64,000 bases of DNA from contig NZ_DGUN01000027.1 in the NCBI RefSeq assembly GCF_002395745.1, forward strand, positions 19,958 to 83,957. Direction: 5' to 3'. Under the pieces are notes generated by a model that saw only the letters and a list, made by a program, of their open reading frames with translations, was not told the origin of the DNA and searched no databases. The position numbers were made by a program, and so were the translations under genes. How positions within the stretch are numbered: the stretch's first letter is position 1; the number at the start of each line of letters is the position of its first letter. Below are positions 19,513-27,690 of the stretch, piece by piece. The stretch comes from Fibrobacter sp. UBA4309. GTDB taxonomy: Bacteria; Fibrobacterota; Fibrobacteria; Fibrobacterales; Fibrobacteraceae.

Positions 19513-21248
19513 TGCGCAGCATTCTGAAACGGGAAGTGCCTTTGCTCGTCGGGATGCTCCTGACGGCAATCCTTTCTTACGTGATGACGCCCAAGATAGA
19601 CAATGTCCTGTTGACGCGACAGGGGATGGAATCAAGGGCGGACATGCCGCTCAGCGTTCCCATGGGGGAAGGCGAGAACTTCTCGGTGACGATGGACGTG
19701 TTCACGGGCGGCGCCGGGGATTTCTTCTTGGATATCCATCCCGACGATTGCGTTACGGATTTAAAAGTGAACGGGGTCGAACTCCCGTTCAGGAGGTATC
19801 CGGGTTTTTGTAGCTGGAATACCGGGTTCATTTTGGGCAAGAAGGAAATCCAGAAATATGTCGGTTCGGACCTTTCGAGGATGCGTATCGACATGTCCCT
19901 GCGCAACAATGGCGGCCTGGGTGGCATCACGGCAGTGGTGAAGGGAAGCGGCTTCTTGCTGAGTGCCGTTTCCGTGCTGTTTTTCCTGTTGCTCGGCGGC
20001 CTGATTTTCTCTGTCGGATCCCGTTTCAAAATTGACTATCGTTTGTTGCTGGTGTTCTTTGTCGGTCTCCTGTTGCGCGTGGGCTACACGCAGGCTACGT
20101 TCTACGACGAACGCGGGCACGATACGGGCGGCCATGTCCACTACATCCAGATTATAGCGAAAGACCACCATATCCCCGCATCGAACGAATGCTGGACTTG
20201 TTACCACCCGCCCGTGTACTACGTCGCCAGCGCCGGTATCTGGAATCTTTTCGACTGGTTCGGCTGTTCGCCCCAGAACGCGGTCAAGTGGTTCGATTTC
20301 TTCATTTCGCTGTTGGCGCTGGCCTTTGGCCTGGCATGTATCGGCAATGTCCTCTGGGGGCAGCCGCGCTACATTGCCGCGTTGCTGTGGAGCGTGTGGC
20401 CAAGCTTTATACTGGCTTCGCCGCGGCTCGGTAACGACATCCTGTTCTATGCGATGCACGCCGTGGCGCTGTGGGGCTGTCTCCGCTACATCAAGACGAG
20501 CGCGGGCAAGTATTTCTTGACGGCCGTTTTGTCGGCTGCCGTTGCCTACTGGACAAAGTCTACCGCCGTCGTGACGTTCGGCATAGTCGGCGTTACCGTG
20601 CTTGTCCATACGCTCCCGAGAGTGTTGCGTGGCCTTGGCCGCATGGAATGGGCTTCCGTGGCTGTGCTTGTCGTGGTGGGCGCGATTGTCGTGATTCGCG
20701 TTCTCGGCGGAGACGTTGTCGCCAATGCCGGCGGTAACGACAACACTGTCCTGATCCAGAACCATCCGGGCAATTTCCTCTTCTTCGATATCCGTGCGTT
20801 CCTCGTGAATCCGTATATCGACCCGTGGCACGATGAGCTGGGCCGCCAGTTCTTCTGGAATTACCTAGCCAAGACATCCCTGTTCGGCGAATTCAAGCTC
20901 CTGGAAACGCTTGCGGGGCGCTGGCTGGCCTCTATCGTCAGCGCATGCTTCCTTGTCTTGCTTGCCTTCGGCATCCGTGGCTTCTGGAAGTCCCGTTGGA
21001 CAAAGCTGAAGGTAATCCTTGCGGCACAGGCGCTGTTCTTCTTCTCTGCCATGATTGCGCTCCGCCTCAACTATCCGTTCTCCTGCAGCAACGATTTTCG
21101 CTATATCGTCCCCGTGCTGTTGAGCTGCCTGCCTTGGGTGGCCGAAGGTATTGCCGGTGACGGATCCACGAAGGGGCTCAAGGCGATCGGATTTTCGGTG
21201 ACGGCCGTTTTCGTGGTGTGTTCGTCTATTCTAATGTTGAGCCTCTAA
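19512..21248 (+). CDS. GT-C glycosyltransferase (GT39/ArnT-like) with an extracytoplasmic N-terminal beta domain
   Basis: HDTGGH..YI, YHPPVYY, GNDIL, many TMs. ATG overlaps the upstream TGA, so 19512 is preferred to 19431. Confidence 0.75.
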   Translation: MRSILKREVPLLVGMLLTAILSYVMTPKIDNVLLTRQGMESRADMPLSVPMGEGENFSVTMDVFTGGAGDFFLDIHPDDCVTDLKVNGVELPFRRYPGFCSWNTGFILGKKEIQKYVGSDLSRMRIDMSLRNNGGLGGITAVVKGSGFLLSAVSVLFFLLLGGLIFSVGSRFKIDYRLLLVFFVGLLLRVGYTQATFYDERGHDTGGHVHYIQIIAKDHHIPASNECWTCYHPPVYYVASAGIWNLFDWFGCSPQNAVKWFDFFISLLALAFGLACIGNVLWGQPRYIAALLWSVWPSFILASPRLGNDILFYAMHAVALWGCLRYIKTSAGKYFLTAVLSAAVAYWTKSTAVVTFGIVGVTVLVHTLPRVLRGLGRMEWASVAVLVVVGAIVVIRVLGGDVVANAGGNDNTVLIQNHPGNFLFFDIRAFLVNPYIDPWHDELGRQFFWNYLAKTSLFGEFKLLETLAGRWLASIVSACFLVLLAFGIRGFWKSRWTKLKVILAAQALFFFSAMIALRLNYPFSCSNDFRYIVPVLLSCLPWVAEGIAGDGSTKGLKAIGFSVTAVFVVCSSILMLSL

Positions 21249-21249
21249 A

Positions 21250-22992
21250 ATGTTGATATTCCGGTACGAAAAAAATTTGAAGCTGTTCCTTTTCTGGGCG
21301 TTCGCCTGCATCCTGGTCAATTTCTTTTGCACTTTCGGTGAATCTTACGATGGTGACCAGAGCTTTTGGGTGGGGTGGGTGCAGCAGCTGATAGATGGCG
21401 GCTTCGGCAACTTCAAGGGCAATTACCCGCCGCTGTACGTGTTCTGGCTTTGGGTTGTCGCACAAATCCATTCCATATTCGGCATTGCCGTCGGCAAGAC
21501 GTTCTTCTTGAAGTTCATCTGCCTTTGGCCGGTCTACTTTGCGCACCTGTTCCTTGTGGATTGGCTTTGCCGTATCGTCGGGAAGTTCGGGGCCCCGCGC
21601 TGGAAACAGCATTTGATGATTGGCTTTGTGGCGCTGAATCCGGCGATACTCTTGAACGGCCCTATATGGGGCCAGGTGGACTTGGTCCCGGTAGTCTTGG
21701 CGATGCTTTCGATTTACTGCATCTCTCGCCAGGGGCTCATCAAGTGGGCGTCCATGTTCTTTGTCCTGTCGGTGTTGACCAAGTTCCAGATGATTATGTT
21801 CTTGCCCGTGTTTGGCGGGCTGTTCCTCCGTCACTGGCGCGTTTCGTGGAAAGGGCTTCCCTTTGCCGCCCTGTCCGTCGTGATTGTCCTGCTTCCGTTC
21901 TTTATCGGCGGCAATCTTGTCGAGATGCTTGGCAGGGCGTATGTGCAGACTTCTAGCCAGTATCCCTATGCCACGTTCAATGCGGCGAACTTGTGGATGC
22001 TGCTTGCCGGGAACGTGGCTCCGGACAACGTCCCCATCTGGGGAATCAAGGAGGCCGGCCTGGGATTCCTGCTGAAACCGAGTGTCCTTGGCCGCGTACT
22101 GTTTGTCGCCGTCTCGATTTTTGTTCTGGTCAAGAGCCTGCTATGCAAGAATATCCGTACGGCATATGCCCTATGCACCTTGAACGCGGTCGCGTTTTTT
22201 GTCGTGTTGCCCGGCATGCATGAACGTTACCTGATGTATGCGATTCCGGCAGCGCTATGCTGGAGCATCTGGGATATGAAACGTGGCGGTGTCGCATGCG
22301 TTTTTGTTTCCCTGGTGGCGTCGCTGAACGTGAATATCATCAATACCTACAAGGGGTACGATGTCTGGATGATAACCTCGGCGCTGGGCGCCGTCGTGCT
22401 GGTTGCGATCCTGTTGGTTGTCGCGTTCCCCGGGTTGCCGAAAAAAACAGTCGGCGTTGTATCCAGGTTGTCCTTGCCATCGTTTGTCCCGTATGTCGTC
22501 TTGTCGGTAATCTTGCTGGTGGAATGCTCGGTACTCATGTTCCAGTTGCGCCCGGTAGTTGTCCCTGCGAACGAAAAGAACGTGCTGGTGACGGACTTGC
22601 CGGTATTGCGCGCGGATCAGAGTTACAAGAAACCCATGGTGAACGAATCCGTGGAAGGACGTTTCTTGACATCGGGTGATCGCCTGTACAAGAACGGTCT
22701 CGGCACGCATGCGCCTTCGCACATGACATATGAACTTCCCGAAAATGCCGATTCGCTGTTTATCGGTGCGGGTATTGACGACGAGGTCTATGACCACGGC
22801 AGTGCCGTCTTCATGATCCACCTGGACGGCGTAAATGTGTGGACAAGCCGAGTCCTGCAAGGCCGTGACAGGCCGACCTTTGTGGCGATTCCTGTAAACG
22901 GGGCGAGAAAACTGGAACTCATTACCGACCCGGATGGCGACAACAATAGCGACCATACGGACTGGCTGAATGCCTATGTAAGGGTGCGTTAG
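21250..22992 (+). CDS. GT-C (GT87/PIG-M-like) glycosyltransferase with a C-terminal NPCBM/NEW2 domain
   Basis: NYPPLY, LNPAILL..PIWGQVD, MHERY. C-terminal KNGLGTHA...GIDDE...DHTDW. Confidence 0.8.
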   Translation: MLIFRYEKNLKLFLFWAFACILVNFFCTFGESYDGDQSFWVGWVQQLIDGGFGNFKGNYPPLYVFWLWVVAQIHSIFGIAVGKTFFLKFICLWPVYFAHLFLVDWLCRIVGKFGAPRWKQHLMIGFVALNPAILLNGPIWGQVDLVPVVLAMLSIYCISRQGLIKWASMFFVLSVLTKFQMIMFLPVFGGLFLRHWRVSWKGLPFAALSVVIVLLPFFIGGNLVEMLGRAYVQTSSQYPYATFNAANLWMLLAGNVAPDNVPIWGIKEAGLGFLLKPSVLGRVLFVAVSIFVLVKSLLCKNIRTAYALCTLNAVAFFVVLPGMHERYLMYAIPAALCWSIWDMKRGGVACVFVSLVASLNVNIINTYKGYDVWMITSALGAVVLVAILLVVAFPGLPKKTVGVVSRLSLPSFVPYVVLSVILLVECSVLMFQLRPVVVPANEKNVLVTDLPVLRADQSYKKPMVNESVEGRFLTSGDRLYKNGLGTHAPSHMTYELPENADSLFIGAGIDDEVYDHGSAVFMIHLDGVNVWTSRVLQGRDRPTFVAIPVNGARKLELITDPDGDNNSDHTDWLNAYVRVR

Positions 22993-23086
22993 GGGCATTA
23001 GTTTTTCCGTTTCGTTTTTTGTATATTCTTGCCATGTAAGGATTGAAAGGAGTGCCCGAAATCCTGTTCAGAGGTTAGTGATTAAA

Positions 23087-23824
23087 ATGCGATTGTTTGT
23101 TTTACTTGTATGCTTGCTGTCGGTGGCGCTTTTTGCGCGGCCCATAAACGACGGCAACAAGCTGTTCAAGAACGGCGACTATGCCGGAGCCTTGGAAAAG
23201 TACATGAAGGCCCGCGAGACCGAACCCGCGAACCCGCTCCTGTTCTACAACATCGGTACGTGCCAGTACAGGCTTGGCAACTACGAAGAGGCCAAGAAGG
23301 AACTCGAGAGTGCCGTGCGCATGCCGGACAAGAAGATGGCTGCGAAGGCGGCGTACAACCTCGCGAACACGCATTTCCGCATGGGTGAGAAGGCCGCCGA
23401 GGGCAGCGAACGCATTGCCGCCTGGCGCGAATCCGTTGCTTACCTCAAGAAGGCGATTGACCTCGATAACAATTTCGAGAACGCGAAGAAGAACGTGGAA
23501 ATTGTCCAGCGCAAGCTGAAGGAAGAACTCGACAAGCAGAAAGAGAACAAGGACCAGAATCAGGACCAGAACAACGACCAGAAACAGCCGCCGCTTTCCG
23601 ACAAGGCGAAGGAAGTCCTGGCGCGCGCACTCCAGCTCTGCAAAGACGGCAAGTACGCCGAGGCGAAGGAAATGCTCGAGAACCTGATTGCCGAGGACGA
23701 GACTGCGGGCCAGCTGAGCGGCCACGTGCAGCGCATCGACGATGTCATCGAAATCAAGGCGGGCCGCAAGCCCAAGGCGAAGATTGACGCGAGCAACACC
23801 GACAACGACCTGGAGGTGATCTGA
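23087..23824 (+). CDS. BatC-like TPR protein
   Basis: Signal peptide, GNKLFKNGDYAGA, YNIGTCQYR, YNLANTHF, DAKKNVEIV-like TPR cap. Confidence 0.75.
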   Translation: MRLFVLLVCLLSVALFARPINDGNKLFKNGDYAGALEKYMKARETEPANPLLFYNIGTCQYRLGNYEEAKKELESAVRMPDKKMAAKAAYNLANTHFRMGEKAAEGSERIAAWRESVAYLKKAIDLDNNFENAKKNVEIVQRKLKEELDKQKENKDQNQDQNNDQKQPPLSDKAKEVLARALQLCKDGKYAEAKEMLENLIAEDETAGQLSGHVQRIDDVIEIKAGRKPKAKIDASNTDNDLEVI

Positions 23825-24582
23825 TGCGTTTGAGAGTTAATAGTTCTGAGTTACTAGTTACTAGAGATAACACTGGTTGTCATTGCGAGGCGACGCCGAA
23901 GCAATCTCTTTCGTCTTTCGTCTTTCGTCTTTCGTCTATAGTTTTGCTGTTGTCCGCAGCGGCCTTTGCCGCCCCGAAGTCGGCGAGCGCCTACTACAGC
24001 GATGCGGCCTTCCAGTACATCGAAAACCGCCTGCCTTCTGCCGAAATCACCTGCAACGAGGGCCTGCAATACTATCCGAACGACCAGAAGTTGCAAATGC
24101 TCCTTGACCGCATCAAGGAAGCCAAGGACGAGCAGAAGAACGAGAACAAGAAGAACGACAAGAACCAGGATAACAACCAGGACCAGAATCAGGATCAGAA
24201 CCAAGATCAGAATCAGGACCAGAATAAGGACCAGCAGAACCAGGACCAGAACGGCGATGGCAATTCCAGCGGGTCCGAGAGTTCTTCGAGCCAGGGCGAT
24301 GACCAAAACCAGAATCAGAATGGCGGTGGCCAGTCCAGCAGCAGCCAGGGCAGTGAAAGTTCCGACAGCAATGGCGGGCAGCAGCCCGAGCCGCAACCCG
24401 AACAACCGCAGGAAAATTCCAGCGACAGCCAGGGCGAGGATCCCCAGGAACAGCCCGCGCAAATGGGCGAGATGACTCCTGAGGAAGCCGCGCAGCTCCT
24501 GAAGGATTTCGACGAGCAGAACGGCGAACGCAAGCCCTGGAAACCTATCCGCGGGCAGGCTAGGCCGGCCAAAGACTGGTAA
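23824..24582 (+). CDS. BatC-like exported protein with a Q/N/D-rich linker; N-terminus partly encoded by repeat DNA
   Basis: TGATG coupling, (QDQN)n tract at about 24160-24250, C-terminal MTPEEAAQLL...KDW typical of BatB/C tails. Confidence 0.7.
   Translation: MRLRVNSSELLVTRDNTGCHCEATPKQSLSSFVFRLSSIVLLLSAAAFAAPKSASAYYSDAAFQYIENRLPSAEITCNEGLQYYPNDQKLQMLLDRIKEAKDEQKNENKKNDKNQDNNQDQNQDQNQDQNQDQNKDQQNQDQNGDGNSSGSESSSSQGDDQNQNQNGGGQSSSSQGSESSDSNGGQQPEPQPEQPQENSSDSQGEDPQEQPAQMGEMTPEEAAQLLKDFDEQNGERKPWKPIRGQARPAKDW
23834..23936 (+). repeat. Intragenic composite: AGTT heptamers, REP-like GTCATTGCGAG..GAAGCAATC, and (TTTCGTC)4
   Basis: Read directly: heptamers 23834-23866, hairpin element 23879-23908, four perfect TTTCGTC at 23909-23936. 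Confidence 0.8.
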
Positions 24583-24797
24583 GGCGAGCGCCGCAGAAAA
24601 ATGCTTGCATTTTTCTATGGCTGAGCCGCTAAGTCTTGCGCGAAGCGCAACGACTGGTAAGGGTATCAAGCGGGAGTCCACTGGTGGGCTCACATTTGAT
24701 GCCCGCAAGGTCTTGCGCTCGAAGAGCGCAATGATTGGTAAGCCGAGCGTCGCGCGAAATCGACCTCAGTATGTCATCCCCGACCTGGTCGGGGATC
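24574..24797. repeat. Composite multi-hairpin intergenic element
   Basis: Three GAYTGGTAAG copies, two TTGCGC(TC)-GAA-(GA)GCGCAA hairpins, AGAAAAATGC-TT-GCATTTTTCT, and GTCATCCCCGACCTGGTCGGGGATC. Confidence 0.8.
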
Positions 24798-24815
24798 TTT
24801 TTTATATTGTATTAC

Positions 24816-25901
24816 ATGAGACTTCATGTACTTGTTTTTTTATGTGCGCTTTTGACTGCTGCTCTCGTCGCCTGCGGTGGCGATTCCAGTTCCGGTACGG
24901 ATGCCTCAGTTACGGAAAGTTCTTCGGAGCAGGCTCTGTCGAGTTCCGCGCAGTCGCCTGAACGTTCGTCTTCGAGTGTCGCGCCGGTATCGAGTTCAGC
25001 CGAAGAAAAATTGAGTTCGAGTTCCGCCGAGGTCGAGTCGTCGAGTTCGGAGACGCCGGCTTCTTCGGCAACCCCCGGCTCGTCCGAAAACATCGTAAGC
25101 TCTTCCAGCAGCGAAACGGTGCCCGCCTCCAGCAGTAGTGAATCCGTTCCGGCATCCTCCGACGACGGCGATGATGGCAAGTGCACCGACTGCGATAGCT
25201 ATACGGCAGCCGACCCGGAACTCACCGAGAAGGGCGGCAAGGGTTCCGTGACTACCTACGGGAGCATCACCGCTAAAGAGACTAGCTTGGGTGGCGCCTG
25301 CAACTATGGACAAACTAACATCCAGTATTACGCGGCGATTCACGTGAATGTTTCTCCGGGTGATGACAAAGGCCCGTGGGATGGCGGCGCGGCCTGCGGC
25401 GGCTGCGTGCATGTGAGGGCAAGGACGCCCGAAGGCTGGAAAGAGGTGACGGTTCGCATTACCGACCGCTGCCCCGACGCCAACTGTGGTGTGGACCTGG
25501 GCGGTGCGCCTGCGGCCGACATCATGGGCAATCGTGTGGGCCGTTATTCGGGCGAATGGGAATTCGTGAGCTGCGAGGGCGTAGACGGCGTGTGGGGCGA
25601 TTCCACGTCGATCTGGGTCAAAGAAGGCGCGAGTACTTTCTGGAGTATTATCCAGGTGCGTAACCCGAAGGACATGGTCAAGACCATCACGATTCTTGGC
25701 GAGGGTGACGAGTCCCATGAGCTCGAGATGGTCGTGGGCACCGAGAACTTCTGGACGGTCCCGCCCGAAATATTGCAGAGCGATAACCGTTACCGCGTCG
25801 TGGTAAAATACCGCACCGGCACCGATGACGTGTGGAAAATAAAGGGCTCGGACCTTGCCGTGCCCGAGGCGAACCTGTACCTGCACGAACATAGGGAATA
25901 G
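24816..25901 (+). CDS. Expansin-like lipoprotein (Ser-rich linker, DPBB domain, CBM63-like domain)
   Basis: Lipobox LVAC, TTYG...GGACNYG, YYAA, GGAACGGC, VRITDRCP, VDLG, WEFVSC, then KEGASTFW..IQVRN. Confidence 0.82.
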   Translation: MRLHVLVFLCALLTAALVACGGDSSSGTDASVTESSSEQALSSSAQSPERSSSSVAPVSSSAEEKLSSSSAEVESSSSETPASSATPGSSENIVSSSSSETVPASSSSESVPASSDDGDDGKCTDCDSYTAADPELTEKGGKGSVTTYGSITAKETSLGGACNYGQTNIQYYAAIHVNVSPGDDKGPWDGGAACGGCVHVRARTPEGWKEVTVRITDRCPDANCGVDLGGAPAADIMGNRVGRYSGEWEFVSCEGVDGVWGDSTSIWVKEGASTFWSIIQVRNPKDMVKTITILGEGDESHELEMVVGTENFWTVPPEILQSDNRYRVVVKYRTGTDDVWKIKGSDLAVPEANLYLHEHRE

Positions 25902-25915
25902 TTATATTTTCGTTT

Positions 25916-27304
25916 GTGTCCTCTCGCACCTACGCTGCCATAGATCTCAAGTCGTTCTTCGCTTCGGTGGAATGTATCCTCCGGGGTATTGACCCGCTCA
26001 AGGCTAAGCTCGTGGTGGCCGACGAGAGCCGCACCGAGAAGACGATTTGCCTTGCGGTGACGCCTGCGCTCAAGGCCTACGGAATTCCGGGGCGTGCCCG
26101 CCTTTTCGAGGTGAACCAGAAGGTGCGCGAGGTGAAACAGAGGACGGGTGAGACCATCGAGTTCATTATCGCGAAACCGCAGATGGCCAAATACGTGGAG
26201 TATTCCACGAAGGTCTACAATGTTTACCTCAAATACGTGAGCGCCGAAGATATTCACGCCTATTCCATCGACGAATGCTTCTTGGATTTGACACGTTACC
26301 TTAAGTTGTACAAAAAAACGGCAAAGGAACTGGTGAAGACGATTATCCAGGACGTTTTCACGACAACAGGGATTACGGCCACGGGCGGCATCGGCACGAA
26401 CCTGTACCTTTGCAAGATTGCGATGGATATCATGGCGAAGCACGTGGATGCTGATGCAGATGGCGTGCGCATCGCGGAACTTGACGAGATGAGCTACCGC
26501 AGGCAACTGTGGTCGCACCAGCCGATAACGAGCTTTTGGCAGGTGGGGCGCGGGATTGCGGCGCGCCTGGAAAAGTGCTACCTGAATGCTGGTCGAGGAA
26601 TCCGCACGATGGGAGACCTTGCGCGCGCAAGCGTCAAGAATCCCGATGCGCTGTACAAGATGTTCGGCGTGAATGCGGAAATCCTGATTGACCATGCCTG
26701 GGGTTACGAGCCCTGCACGATTGCCGACATCAAGAAGGCGAAACCGCGAAGCCGCAGTACCGGCGAGGGCCAGGTGTTGCAGGATCCGTACAGTTTCGAG
26801 AAGGCGCGGCTCGTGGTACGCGAGATGGTCGATACTGTCTCGATGTCGCTGGTCGAGCATAATTTGGTCGCGAAGGGCATGGTGCTTACGGTGGGTTACG
26901 ACCGCGAGAACGTGGACAAGGGCATTTACCATGGCGAAACCGTTGTGGATTTTTACGGGCGCACGATTCCGAAGCCTGCCCACGGTACGGCTACCCTCGG
27001 GCATTATTCCAGTTCGCAGTCTGCATTTGCCGATGTGGTGATGAAGCTCTTTGACCGCATCGTGAACCCGGAACTGACGGTGCGCCGTTTGAACCTGGTG
27101 GCAATCGACGTGGTAGACGAAGGCAACGAAGGTTTTGACCTGTTCACCGACGTGAAGAAGCAGGAACGCGAGAAAAAGCGCCTGAAGGCGGAACTCATGA
27201 TAAAGAAGCGGTTCGGCAAGAACGCCATCGTGAAGGGCATGGACTTGCAGGAAGGCGCTACGACCGTGGAACGCAATGGCCAAATCGGCGGGCACAGAGC
27301 CTAA
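25916..27304 (+). CDS. Y-family translesion DNA polymerase (UmuC/ImpB/DinB-like)
   Basis: AIDLKSFFASVEC, YSIDECFLDL, GIGTNLYLCK, FWQVGRG. GTG start. Confidence 0.92.
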   Translation: MSSRTYAAIDLKSFFASVECILRGIDPLKAKLVVADESRTEKTICLAVTPALKAYGIPGRARLFEVNQKVREVKQRTGETIEFIIAKPQMAKYVEYSTKVYNVYLKYVSAEDIHAYSIDECFLDLTRYLKLYKKTAKELVKTIIQDVFTTTGITATGGIGTNLYLCKIAMDIMAKHVDADADGVRIAELDEMSYRRQLWSHQPITSFWQVGRGIAARLEKCYLNAGRGIRTMGDLARASVKNPDALYKMFGVNAEILIDHAWGYEPCTIADIKKAKPRSRSTGEGQVLQDPYSFEKARLVVREMVDTVSMSLVEHNLVAKGMVLTVGYDRENVDKGIYHGETVVDFYGRTIPKPAHGTATLGHYSSSQSAFADVVMKLFDRIVNPELTVRRLNLVAIDVVDEGNEGFDLFTDVKKQEREKKRLKAELMIKKRFGKNAIVKGMDLQEGATTVERNGQIGGHRA

Positions 27305-27336
27305 TTGATAATTGATAATGGATAATGGATGATTGA
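27302..27336 (+). repeat. Heptamer tandem repeat (TAATTGA/TAATGGA x5)
   Basis: TAATTGA TAATTGA TAATGGA TAATGGA TGATTGA spans the polymerase stop and the next start. Confidence 0.85.
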
Positions 27337-27550
27337 CGACTATAAAGACATAATCGATTTGCCGTACCCGCGGAACGACTGGAACTTCCTCATGAAGCAC
27401 CCGCGCATGAGCGTGACGGACCGTGCGAAGATTTTCCACCCGTTCGCGGCTCTCCGCGGGCATTCCGAGGCGCTGGACGCTACGGCGGAACGCAAGCAGG
27501 ATGCGGTGGAAAATGAATTTACGCTGGACGACCAGGACTTTGGAGCATGA
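27329..27550 (+). CDS. YolD-like polymerase accessory protein (short form)
   Basis: YKDIIDLP...HPRMSVTDRAKIFHPFAALRG, directly after the Y-family polymerase. Confidence 0.75.
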   Translation: MIDDYKDIIDLPYPRNDWNFLMKHPRMSVTDRAKIFHPFAALRGHSEALDATAERKQDAVENEFTLDDQDFGA

Positions 27551-27690
27551 TTTTATGAATAGTGGAAATGTTTCTTGTTATAGCCTAAATCTATAACTTA
27601 GTATAAGAAAGTAGTATTGTTGCGGACCTTGTAATGCGGGGGCCGCATTTCTATTTTTGCGCCGTCTTTTGAGCCTTGCGGAGGTGTATC

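Noticed and set aside
24160-24250. 12-nt (QDQN) tandem repeat as a phase-variation locus
   Set aside because: The unit preserves frame, is degenerate at synonymous sites, and is typical of Bat-family linkers.
24574-24742. CRISPR array (three repeats about 80 nt apart)
   Set aside because: The repeats are short and degenerate, the spacers are themselves hairpins, and no cas genes are present.
25840-25915. LexA/SOS box before the Y-family polymerase
   Set aside because: I found no convincing palindrome matching the E. coli, Bacillus or (as recalled) Fibrobacter TGCNC-N4-GTGCA motifs.
27551-27690. TPP riboswitch before the CytX-like gene
   Set aside because: The CTGAGA and AACCTGA core motifs are absent; only an AATGCGG/CCGCATT hairpin is present.
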